64,000 bases of DNA from Perkinsela sp. CCAP 1560/9 (Eukaryota > Protista > Euglenozoa: Kinetoplastea): NCBI GenBank assembly GCA_965644495.1, contig CBFFSA010000004.1, positions 992,001 to 1,056,000 on the forward strand, in the 5' to 3' direction. Below are positions 33,017-44,000 of the stretch, in pieces. Position 1 is the stretch's first letter, and every line of letters starts with the position of its first letter. The notes under the pieces were generated by a model. It ran no database searches. It was not told the origin of the DNA and saw only the letters and a list, made by a program, of their open reading frames with translations. A program made the translations under genes and the position numbers.

Positions 33017-33632
33017 AAAAAACAAATAGCTAATTAATATTGTTAGCTAGGGAGGTGGGGTGCGCTATGCCCCTACACCTTAGGTAATGCAATAAGGCGC
33101 CCCTTGACCCAAGAAAACCATTCCAACTTTTTAGGGTGGATTAAAAAATCAACACGCTCCAAAGATTATCCTGAATGGCATCTACCCTAGTTACTTAGTA
33201 CCTCGTTACGTTCGGTACCGGGCGGTGCCATTCCGCGCTGTCAAAATGACAGCTACCCTAGTTATTTAGTGCCTTTTTTTGGCACGGGGTACTGTCATTT
33301 GAGGGGAGTATGGGGCGGGGCGGGGAGGGCGCAGCGGGGCAAATGGGGCGGCGAAGGGGACGGCGACGGGGGCGAAGAGGAGTGCAACGCGGCGGCCAAT
33401 GGGCGGTGAAAGATGACGGTGAGGAGGGCAGTGAAAGAGCGGCGGAGGGCGCAGCGCAGAGGGCGGCGGAGGGCGTAGCGCAGGGGGCGGCGGAGGGCGC
33501 AACGCAAGGGGCGTCGGAGGGGGCAATAGTAAGGAGTACAGGGGGGCGTCGGCGGGGGCAAAAGGCGGCGTCCGCGGCGGCAAAATGGGCGGCTAAAGAG
33601 GGGTTCTTCGTCCGGTAGGGGTGACGGGGCAC
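33017..33632 (-). mobile_element. SINE-like non-autonomous retroelement, family S1, copy A
   Basis: Interrupts the VIPER ORF with a near-perfect 9-bp TSD (tgtggcaaa / tgtgggaaa). GC-rich minisatellite; 3' structural motif shared with the CRE LINE. Confidence 0.7.
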
Positions 33633-33963
33633 ATGTGGGAAATAGGTTTAGAAAATAAACAACAAGATACAGTACTCGCATAAATTAATCATGCGATAGT
33701 GGTTTCAAGCACGTGGAAAGAGATTTTTTATTGGAATCTTGTTTAGAAATTTTTCAGTAAGATTATACGTGCGCTGTGCATGGTTGTATTCAATGTCCAG
33801 GAATTCGTATGTTGTTCCGTTCGACGAATCAGTGAATTTGAAAGTCATTTTCAAAAACTGGGAACGATTTTCATTCTTATTTGTCATACGCTTATAAAGT
33901 TTAGTGGACGGTAGGGATAAATATTTGATGAAAAATTGATTTTTTTCGAAAAAGATTCAAATA

Positions 33964-34130
33964 CTGTACCCCCCCTACTTATCTGTCACTATTTTTCGCG
34001 GAAAGATGACAGATAACTAGGGAGGTAGGGGTGTGACAGATAACTTGGCTGATCAGTGTGCGACAGATAACTAAGGGGGTTCTGTCACAAAAAAAAGTCA
34101 GAACATGGAAAAAAAAGTCACTGACCAGTC
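33964..34130. mobile_element. DNA-transposon end fragment
   Basis: TA-ctgtaccccccc start with repeated gacagataact subterminal motifs; duplicated near 45448-45615. Confidence 0.5.
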
Positions 34131-34389
34131 CCAAGTAGTCGTTAGGGGCGTTCAAACGCCCACAAGAGCGTCTCCTTACGCTGCCATATTGTACTGTCCA
34201 CCAGAATGTTACCTTTCTGGGTGATCTACCGATGGGAAATGTTTCGATAGAGTGAATTGGTATGCCATGTTACTAAAGAAATTAATAAAATTATGCGCTC
34301 AGAGACGCTGAACATGACTTCAAACGTTCGAAAAATCTTTGTGAGCAATTTCGAAAAAAAATTATTTTTCGTTAAATATTTGTCCCTAC

Positions 34390-34739
34390 CTTCGGCCCAT
34401 CATTCTGAGGTATAAATGTAAAAGCAGCGGCAAGTGTGTCTCGAAGGATACGGAGCATATGGGCATCCAACACGTTACCGTCTACGGCGGTTATACCCCG
34501 AGGGGCACGGAGACTATGAGCCTCGCTGCACAGAGAATGGTGTACTCCCAGGCGGGGACCAAGCGAATTTGTGCATGATAATTTGATGGATCTTAAAAGA
34601 TCGCACATAGATCTCGACAGAAAACTTTTCAGTTATTTAAAAGAATCATTTTTCGAAGAAAGAGATTTAGAGAATCGAAATAAAATCACTTTTCTGGTCA
34701 CTAAATGTACGTTGCTAAATGATTCAAAATAGATTGACC
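34390..34739. repeat. R1 repeat, copy 2, upstream of EF-1alpha copy 1
   Basis: Direct sequence match to the other R1 copies. Confidence 0.8.
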
Positions 34740-34953
34740 TACATGTAGATCTCTATGGATTAGTTTTATTACTTCTCAATACAGGTATAAATATTACGTC
34801 ACTTATCCTCATCATTTAAAGAAAACAAATAAATCACCTAGCAGGCTAAGGGACGGTACGCGCGATACCTTTCGTAGTCCTATTACAACACGCTTTACCA
34901 TTGTTAGCTTCAAATTCAAAGAACCTGCTTACATAGATACTTTCTTTTACAAA

Positions 34954-36306
34954 ATGGGTAAAGAAAAGATTCACATTAACCTGGTTGTCATCGGTCACGT
35001 CGACGCAGGAAAGTCTACTGCCACAGGCCACCTCATCTACAAATGCGGCGGTATCGACAAGCGAACGATTGAGAAGTTTGAAAAAGAAGCAGCAGAAATG
35101 GGTAAAGCATCATTTAAGTACGCCTGGGTTCTGGACAAGCTTAAGGCGGAACGCGAACGTGGTATTACGATCGATATTGCTTTGTGGAAATTCGAATCCC
35201 CGAAATGCGTTTTCACGATCATCGACGCCCCTGGACATCGTGACTTCATTAAAAACATGATTACGGGAACTTCCCAGGCCGATGCCGCTATTCTCGTCAT
35301 CGCTTCCGGTACGGGTGAGTTCGAAGCTGGCATCAGCGGTGATGGTCAAACACGCGAGCACGCCCTCCTCGCATTCACGCTGGGTGTAAAGCAAATGATT
35401 GTAGCTGTGAACAAGATGGATGACAAGTCAGTGAACTACTCCCAGAGCCGCTTTGATGAGATCAAGAAGGAAGTATCTATGTACCTCAAGAAAGTTGGAT
35501 ACAACGTGGATAAGGTACAGTTCGTGCCTATTTCCGGGTGGATGGGCGATAACATGATTGAACAGTCCGCCAACATGTCGTGGTACAAAGGGCCAACTTT
35601 ACTTCAAGCGCTCGACAACCTTGACGCCCCGGTCCGTCCCGTCGACAAACCCCTGCGTCTCCCTCTTCAGGACGTGTACAAGATCGGCGGCATTGGTACG
35701 GTGCCGGTAGGCCGTGTGGAGACGGGTGTGCTACGCCCAGGTGACGTTGTCACGTTTGCTCCGACGAACCTGACCACGGAGGTGAAGTCCATTGAAATGC
35801 ACCACGAGGCGCTTCCGGAGGCTACCCCAGGCATGAACATTGGGTTCAACGTGAAAAATGTATCTGTAAAGGATATTCGCCGAGGATACGTGTGCGGTAA
35901 CTCTAAACAGGACCCACCGAAGGAATGCGAGTCGTTTGTTGCTCAGGTCATTGTGCTCAATCACCCGGGTCAGATCTCCCAAGGCTATGCTCCCGTGCTG
36001 GACTGCCACACGGCTCACATTGCGTGCAAGTTCTCCGAATTGGAGTCCAAGATCGATCGCCGCTCGGGTAAGGAGCTGGAAAAGAATCCGAAGAGCGTGA
36101 AGAACGGTGACGCGGCTATGGTCCGAATGACACCGCAGAAGCCGATGAGCGTGGAGACGTTCACGGAGTACCCACCCCTCGGCCGTTTCGCTGTCCGGGA
36201 TATGCGACAAACGGTGGCAGTGGGTGTGATCAAGCAGGTTCAGAAGAAAGAGCCCTCTGGCGGAAAGGTGACAAAGGCGGCGCAGAAGGCGCAAGGAAAG
36301 AAGTAA
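34954..36306 (+). CDS. EEF1A: elongation factor 1-alpha, copy 1
   Basis: [35 protein letters not shown]; [10 protein letters not shown] is kinetoplastid-like. Confidence 0.99.
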   Translation: MGKEKIHINLVVIGHVDAGKSTATGHLIYKCGGIDKRTIEKFEKEAAEMGKASFKYAWVLDKLKAERERGITIDIALWKFESPKCVFTIIDAPGHRDFIKNMITGTSQADAAILVIASGTGEFEAGISGDGQTREHALLAFTLGVKQMIVAVNKMDDKSVNYSQSRFDEIKKEVSMYLKKVGYNVDKVQFVPISGWMGDNMIEQSANMSWYKGPTLLQALDNLDAPVRPVDKPLRLPLQDVYKIGGIGTVPVGRVETGVLRPGDVVTFAPTNLTTEVKSIEMHHEALPEATPGMNIGFNVKNVSVKDIRRGYVCGNSKQDPPKECESFVAQVIVLNHPGQISQGYAPVLDCHTAHIACKFSELESKIDRRSGKELEKNPKSVKNGDAAMVRMTPQKPMSVETFTEYPPLGRFAVRDMRQTVAVGVIKQVQKKEPSGGKVTKAAQKAQGKK

Positions 36307-36646
36307 GTCTTTTTCGTGACTTGTGTTAGTGGTAATATGGGCGAAGAAGCACGTTATTATTTGCAAGATTAGTTTTGTGATAGTTGTAGAATCAAGAGAC
36401 ATTGAAAAGTTATTTCTGAAAGAAGCCAAACTTTTTATTCCATTTTTTGTCAAGGAAATGAAGTACGCATTACAAAAGAATATCACTTAGATGATTGCTT
36501 ATTTTTGTCATGTTAGAATTATAACTTGAAATACTTTTTGGCCGAAATTCTTTCTCTTATAATTCGCGTAGTACGACTATCAAAGGTGTTAAATATGCGA
36601 GAAAATATCCTTACTGCATATTTTATTGTTTTATTTTCTTATTTCA

Positions 36647-37237
36647 ATGTTTATCTTGGCGGCCGATAGTGGATCCTACCAAGGATCCAACAAAGTAAGC
36701 GGTACTCGGCTTCCTCCTGTATACGATCTAGTTCGTTTCACGGCGAATGTGACAGGTCTACTACCACATTGGAATGAAAGTACCCCCATCGAGGAGTGGG
36801 TCGGCATACATTGCAACGAAAAAGGAGAAATTGTGAACATTATCTGGTCGGGCCACGGACTTGCAGGTACCCCATCATGGGAGTATCTCCCGGACACACT
36901 TGTTTCATTGGATTTAGGACCTTTTTGTGAAATGGTAAGGATTCTGAATAATCTGGACGGGCGAGTGCCGTTTCGGTCTCTTCCGTCAAAACTTGAAGAC
37001 TTATCTCTTCGTGAAAATATGTTTTCAGGTTCTGTAGAGCTGTGTTTCTTGCCAAAGCAGTTGCGCTGCATGGATCTTGGCTTTAACAATTTCGAAGGTG
37101 AAGTTATCTTCACACACTTACCTTCCTCTATGACCGTTTTGGATGTTGAAGGGAACGTGCAACTTAGAGGACGAATAGATGGTATGTCGCATAAATGTAC
37201 TATTCGATTTTTGCAAACTCTTATTTCGAAGGCATAG
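36647..37237 (+). CDS. leucine-rich repeat protein
   Basis: W..S.....W.GI.C cap followed by LP..L..L.L..N.F.G.V repeats. Confidence 0.85.
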   Translation: MFILAADSGSYQGSNKVSGTRLPPVYDLVRFTANVTGLLPHWNESTPIEEWVGIHCNEKGEIVNIIWSGHGLAGTPSWEYLPDTLVSLDLGPFCEMVRILNNLDGRVPFRSLPSKLEDLSLRENMFSGSVELCFLPKQLRCMDLGFNNFEGEVIFTHLPSSMTVLDVEGNVQLRGRIDGMSHKCTIRFLQTLISKA

Positions 37238-37392
37238 TTTTCGTGTTTTGTCGTCGCGGATGCGCACCTCTTCTGTGGATGGCACAGTATGACGCGAGAC
37301 GTTTTTTGTAATATTCATTTTCTTATCTAGATGCTTTGAAAACGGAGTGTAGAACATAGGATTCGACTATCGAATTAAATGTTTCTATTGGG

Positions 37393-37980
37393 CATAGTGA
37401 CAGAATTATTGATAAATTTAGGCTTTAATAATGATTATTATTAAAAAATTATTAGCGATTATTAATAATTATTAAGATGTTCTGAACGATGCCCTGAGCG
37501 TGAAAAATTAAGGTTCAATCGGACACTATGGTACCAGGGAGCGCTTTATATACACTTTCAGTGCAACCATCAACCATTTACATGTATACTACGTTTCCAG
37601 TGCCATAAAAGTATTACAATAAAGTTTTTAACGTGTTCGTGACCCTTGGTTGATGCACACAATCGGACAATTCCCTGTCTTTCGCCGCACCCTTCCTTAG
37701 GCCACCTGCCGAACATTGTGTCAGTCCGAAAGAAAGTGAAATTTCCTCCCGTTAGATACATTTTTCCCATATACGGCCGCAAATTTGATCTTTTCAAGTA
37801 CCATTGAAGAATTTTTTTTACGTACTGATTCAGACCCCCCCGTTTAAGCGCACTTTTCACGGAAAACGAGGTGCGCTTAAACGGGGGGGGACAGTATTAA
37901 TAATTATTAATAATTGGGAATTTTTTTATAATAGAAATTATTAATAATTTCTATTATAATAATTATTAACTGCCACTATG
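37393..37980. mobile_element. AT-rich TIR element containing the end of a second MITE
   Basis: Termini catagtgacag / ctgccactatg with taataattat repeats. Internal hairpin cccccccgtttaagcgcac...gtgcgcttaaacggggggg-acagta near 37834-37896. No TSD found. Confidence 0.5.
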
Positions 37981-38081
37981 ATGAATGGTTTTTACATTCA
38001 TTATGAGTACTTCTTAGTAACGGCAATGGGCCCTCGACCACAGAAGATACGCACCTGACTTTATCTTCCTGTTCAGGAAGC

Positions 38082-38640
38082 CAATAAATAATACAATGGT
38101 GCTGTCAACCTTTCCCTACAGATTGTTGGTCGCGCGCCAAGGAGCTCAAGTAGGTGGGGTTCGCTAGGCCCCAACGTCGCCTAATTAGGCGATGCCCTTG
38201 ACCATTTGGTGTGTGTGGATTTCGCCCTAGTTCTTTGGTGTCTTGTTTTTCTGACACCGGGCAACTCCGTCACGGGAAAGAGTGTTACCCTAGTTGTTTG
38301 GTACCTTGCTTTGTTGGTACCGGGTAGACCTTTCCAAGAAAAGCGGCACAGGGGGCGGCACAAGGGGAAGCGCATCGGCGGCACAAGGGGCAGCGCATGG
38401 GCGGCACAAGGGGCGGTGAAGGGGCGGCCAAGAGGCTGGCGCGAGGGGTGGCCAAGAGAGCGGTAATGATGCCGGCGGGGGGTGGGGGGCGATGAGGGCA
38501 GCGGTAGCAGCACGGCGGTTTTCTTCTTCCGGGCGCTATAAAATCGCTATACTCCGGTGCGTAGTACGTATCAAAAGGGGAGGACAGTTCAGAGCTTAGA
38601 AGTTCGGTATCCATTGTTTTGTGTCCGAAGTGTGTTTGAG
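38082..38640 (-). mobile_element. SINE-like element, family S2 (ends approximate)
   Basis: Same modular layout as S1 (ccgga.gaagaa, GC-rich repeats, two bulged stem modules, 3' junction motif, tattatttatt tail) but a different primary sequence. Confidence 0.6.
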
Positions 38641-38910
38641 ATATAATTTATATCATACAATGTATAAATTTTTCTACTATAGGTGATCTATCTCCTACAC
38701 AGCCACTATCTCCACATTTCTTAACTTTTATAGTTAGTCCACTTGTCACTGTTTATTGTGACTTTTACCTTATTGACAGTGTGTAGGTGTGTTCCCATAT
38801 CTCTCGTTCTTCTCGATACGATTCTACCTATCACCTGTTTATCTAAAGTGTTCTAGTGATGCATACATTGTATGCTTTACAATAATGGGACTGATTGTAA
38901 ATTATTTATT

Positions 38911-41003
38911 TTATTCCATAGAGTAACGTGTTGCAGTGAGTTCTGACATCCAGCGCCCTCTTCGAAGACGCGTGCTCAGATCAACTCCTTGCCATGTCAA
39001 GTGTCCAGCGCAGCCGTGGCGCAGACAGTGGAACGACCATGTTTGTTGGCCGTTCCATCCAAATCGCGCGGCCGCTATCAAGCGATTGGCTTGCACCTTA
39101 TTCCAAGTCGGAAAGAGAAATTTCTACCAATTTTTATTAGTACATCGCTTCCGCTGATTTCCACATCTGATGTCTGAAGACCTACGAGTTCAGAGTGTCG
39201 CAAAAGGCCAAAGTAACCAATACGTAATCTCTCTCTGGTCAATACAATATGTGGATAGTACGCGAAGCTGGTCACGTGTGATGGAGCCATGCGGCTTGGG
39301 GTCTAAACAAATTTTGAGTTGTTTTGAGTCTCTATCAAATGTACGTGAAAACAATACTTTTCTAGTGTTCGATACGAATGCATACTTTACGTTCCACTCT
39401 TTCTTTCATACTTTATTTTAATTTTGGGGTTCAATGTTTATTCATCGCGCCTGCGTTAGCCATGTCTAGGGAGGAATGGTTTCCCACGGTCGCGATGTTG
39501 ATTAGCTTTGCAGTTCCGGGCCTGGTGCCCCCTTTTTCCACAGTTCCAGCACGTTCCACCAGATGTACTGGAGACCGTTTATCTGAATCCATAATGGGTC
39601 TTTAAGTCCGGAGGAGCGCCGCGAGCGGATGCCCGTCCTTCGAGGTTCCGACTCGGACGAAAGTGATGCAGCTGCGACACCGCACGTGAATGCGCGGCGA
39701 GATGCGCAACAATGGACTTACATGTGTGTTGCTAGTCTCGGGAACGCGGGCTTCCCCCTTTGTGTTAGATGGAACGGCGTGTTGAATAGGAATAAGATGT
39801 CTCTTACAACAGGGGTGGCCGCACAGACTCTTGTCCTTACAGGGGTGTTTACATGGTAGAATGTCAAGAGGTTGAGCGGACGGCGGACTCGGAGCAATCT
39901 TACAGCAAGGATGGCCGCATTTTGATTTGTCATTACAAATACGTTTACATCAACGAGTTGTATTTATTGCGGTTTCATTCTTTTCAGGTGAACCTCTCAT
40001 AGGAGCTTCAGGGCTGACTCGGTAGGCGTTCGGTACAGCACCGGTCAGAGAGGTTGCGGATGGGCTATCTACGTTGCGTGGTCTCTTATAAGAGTCCTGC
40101 AACGCCTGTGAGGATTTCCCACTTTGTATGTGGCGAGGTCATAAAGGGGGTGGGGGGGAGTAGAGGGAAAAAAGCAAGGTACAGAACCTTTTTTTCAATA
40201 ATCGAGGGTACGGCGGTAGTTATACAGCCGCCGCAATAATTGTGATTAAGAGTCTTTTCCGACACCAAAAATCAGCGGCGTTTTCGCGGCTTCGGACACA
40301 TGAATTCATGCGCTAGCTTGAGAATTTCAGTTAAAGTTTCTGTTGGCATATTGTACGAATCAGACCACTATTTCCGCACCGCGGAACAAAGGTCATGATC
40401 ATACGCTCGTGGCGCAGAGATACGTCTCTCTGTGTGACGGCCGATACCATCGGCGCATGACCCGCATACGACGGGTGTCACACAGAGAGTGGAGTGCGAG
40501 GTAGGAGACGAGACGCCCATCGGTCATGCTACAGCACGTATAGCCATGGTTCATGCTGCAACACGGTCAAGCCGTGGGTTCATGCTGTCAGATGGTCTAT
40601 CGTGGATCATGATGCATCATGGGGAGGTCCGTTACCGCCGCACTCGCTACAGCATGTAGGGAGAGAGGGGTGCAAGTTCGCATCCCCTATACACGCATAC
40701 AACGTGTCCTCCCGCTGTAGCACGCCCAGTGGTCCTCAAGGGAGGCCACCATGGCGCATAGCTCCCGGGAGAAGAAAGCACGAGAAGGAGAGAGCCGGGG
40801 AGGGAAGAAAGCTCACTCGAAGAGAGCGAGCCGGGGAGGGGTGAAGAGTGCGAAGTGCGTCCCCTACTTCCGCGACAAAGAGGGACAGTTCCAGCTAGCC
40901 GTCAGCCGGAAACGGGCATTTAAAAGTAAGAATATGCCCGTTTCCGGGAAAAGAAAGGAAGGGCTAGCAAAATGTACCAACAAGGTACATGTTCCCGGTA
41001 GCG
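38911..41003 (-). mobile_element. DIRS/Ngaro-like tyrosine-recombinase retroelement remnant
   Basis: Tyrosine recombinase motifs FGLLRHSELVGL and SFHCLRHG...GRW.S....RY at 38911-39290 (frameshifted). Weak RNase H- and methylase-like traces upstream. The 5' boundary is uncertain. Confidence 0.7.
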
Positions 41004-41090
41004 AACACGTAAATCGATTAAGTTGATATTCTCCCAGTGCTTGACGAATGCTGAAAGGGCGTTGTATTTTGCCATGGCCTCGCCTGAGTA
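41004..41090 (-). mobile_element. C-terminal part of the VIPER-like RNase H, split from 44227 onwards by an insertion
   Basis: GAAWEKFVEI (right of the insertion) joins YSGEAMAKYNALSAF...DLRV (left of the insertion). Confidence 0.7.
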
Positions 41091-41092
41091 TA

Positions 41093-44000
41093 CTCCCCCT
41101 CTCATTAATAATTATAAACCTCCAAAAATCTTTAAAGGGATCGTTTATAGAAATTTAATGAGATTATAATTCTGATTCTCACTTAGATAATTATAAACCT
41201 CAAATTCTTCATTTTTTATCTAGAAAGACACCTGTACCACATACTTTACACTAAAAATTGCTTCCAAGTTGAACGAAGTGTCTCGAAAATCAAGAATTTG
41301 GAGTCCATAATAAGAAAAAATCACTTATCGAATCTCATTAATAATTATAAACTATAATTATAATTATAAACTAAATCGCCTCGCGGAGACAAGCCCATCC
41401 TACCCACGGAGCGAACGGAGGATGCGTCCCCCGCAGGAACATTGCTCGAAAGAATAGCAAACGACATAAATCGTCCGCATGAACCAGAAAATACAGAAGT
41501 AAGAGTTCCTTTCACAGAGCTTCTTTCTCGTCCTTTCTTGCGTTCGGTACGCCATGCGCAGATACCCCCGTGGAAGGAGATCTGCAAGAAGATATGCCTT
41601 CCTTTTCGCAAAATCGCGCAAGAAGGGAAAATTGCGATTGTATGGAAATTAACTGAAGCTGTAAAACGCTATCTGTTCCTTACTCCACAGCGTATGAGTG
41701 AAAGAGCCATGGCACATGAAATACGCTACCGAAGCACTTCTATGGAACCAACTTTTCACGAGAAAGCAGAGAAAAGGATGCAGAGCCCGATATCGAGCAC
41801 ACTGAGAGCTGATCGATTGGCAAGAGCACGCGCACTGGGCAGAGCAGCACGGGCGCTCGACTCTTCACTAACTCCTCCTCTTCCCCCGGACGTCGCGCTA
41901 CGGGTAGCGGAAAAACTCCACAAAAAAGGCTACTTTATACCAGACCCAGCTATCCGCCCAACGAAGGATGTTAAATTGAACGAGGAAGAGGTCCGAGACG
42001 GAGTTTCTCGCATGGCACGGGGGGCCGCTCCCGGTCCATCGGGATGGACCCGGGAGTTGATTTTGCCTCTCTTGGATATCCTGGAAGTCTTCGAATGCCT
42101 GGTGTGGACCCTGGAAGGCATTCTAAACAATAAATTAAAGCCTGATCTCCGAAACGCACTTACGACATCCCGACTCTTGCTCATCCGAAAAGAGAATTCC
42201 CCCCTTACTGACGAGCTCCCGGCCTGTCGCCCTATCGCAGTGGGAGAAGCGTTCCTGAAATTAGCTGGTATCATCATCATCCGCGGAGTCCGGCCGTCTC
42301 TTCCGGATATATTTGGAAATGTCCAGCACGGAGCAGGTTCTCCGAACGGATGCGAAAGCATCATTTGGACCCTTCGACAATCTTTTCTAAATGAACAGGA
42401 AAGCATCTTAGGGACTTTGGACATCAACAATGCCTTTAATTCACTTCAAAGAAAGTTTATAATTGAGGCACTCCGAAAAACGCCTGTTTTGTAAGAACTC
42501 ATGGGGATCACTCTGTTCTCATACGGAGCTCCAAGCTGGCTGATGTTTAATGACAACCAAACAAAAAGCTTTTGCGGAGTAAAACAGGGGGATCCTATGG
42601 CGCCCCTGTTGTTCTCTTTAGCTATACAAGAGACACTGCGGTCAACTGCGGAGGAACTCGGTCCTGACATGACGATGCACGCATACCTAGACGATGATGC
42701 GTTCCTCGGACCTCCCGCACTCGTACATCGCGCGTACCTCTTACTTGAAGAGCGCTTTGGACGCCTCGGTCTATTGATTAACCGCACTAAGTGTCACGTG
42801 AGCACGAGAAAGCAGTGTTAATTTCAGCTTCTGGAATCTTTGGGGGTACAACATAGCCCTTTCGGCCAGAAATTGCTGGGAGCATACGTCTCTTGCGAAT
42901 CTGTCCGGGAGACGAATTGGACCTTGAATCAAGTTCTGAAATTTGAAGAGTTCATCTCAAAGATTCCTCTTCTCTCCAAGCAATGTGCTTGGGCCGTGCT
43001 GCGCTACTGTGGTACGCCAAGATGGAACCATACATACTGTATACTGTATACATACATGTATACTAAGATGTCATCATCCAGTTGTCACGGAGAAGGCGAA
43101 CGGCAGAGTGGACTCGGCGATTCAAAATTGTGCTTCCTTCCTTATGGGTGGTTTGGGGCGTCTAGGAGATGAACTGTTCTCAAAATCCCTTTTCACAGTT
43201 GATCTCTTGGGCACTTTGCCATTCGGGGAAAAAGCACACTTTGTGCACCAACAAGTTATGGGCCGTGTTTTTTGAAAGCAACTCCAGCGAAACACCGAAT
43301 CTGTGTCGGAGACTCTCGGACGATAAGGAAAAGATTACTTCTTCCACGGAATCCGTATTGGTCAATCAGTTGCACAACAAAATGTCTCGCTCATGGATGG
43401 AAGCTCTTCCCAACCTAGTGGAATACCTCATGCGCCCAGCGGAATGGGAAGTGGCCATGAGGATGCGGTACCTCATTGCCCCAACCTCATGGACAGAGGT
43501 GCAATGCAAATGTGGAGAATCTTTTCGGAACACTGATTTTGTGGTTCACTCTCTGAATTGCAAGAGAGTCAAAGGGCACACATCGGCGTCGCGGCACCAT
43601 ATCGTAAAATCTTCCTTCATCTCTCTCCTCCGTCGCTACGGATTTTCTCCGGATGTACACGAACCAAGGTTCGACAACGGCCGCGGCCCGGACATTTGTT
43701 TCCTACTAGGGAATGAACTGACCCTGGTAGACGTAACAGTAGTAAATCCCCTTGCTCCTTCTTACGTGGAGAAAGAAGCGAAGTTCCCAGGGAGCACCCT
43801 GCAGAAGGCGGAAGCTCAAAAAATGTGCCAGCACGAAGACATGGCATCGGCACGCAGTATGAGATTCTTTCCCCTGGCATTTACATGTTTTGGGGTCCCT
43901 GGAAATAGGACGTTATCCTTCCTGCGCAAGTGCGGAAGCTTTACGAAGGACCAGGGCGGCTTCGTCAAGCACGCACTTATGTGCCTAGGGATCACGATGC

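Larger units (their letters stand above)
32080..34300 (-). mobile_element. VIPER-like (tyrosine-recombinase class) RT/RNase H remnant, copy A, with nested insertions
   Basis: YEFLDIEYNH (RT end), PHFYWAIKYTRRQ, YADAS..GWGA (RNase H); near-identical to 44290-45780. Confidence 0.7.

Noticed and set aside
33040-33075. Helitron 3' end (hairpin plus CTAG on the minus strand)
   Set aside because: CTAG is not conserved in the other two versions, the element has a TSD, and the motif also lies in a LINE 3' UTR.
33258-33681. Pro/Arg/Ala-rich ORFs on both strands (also 44742-45165 and 38181-38614)
   Set aside because: Stop-free frames arise from the GC-rich minisatellite of the SINE-like elements; no protein motif.
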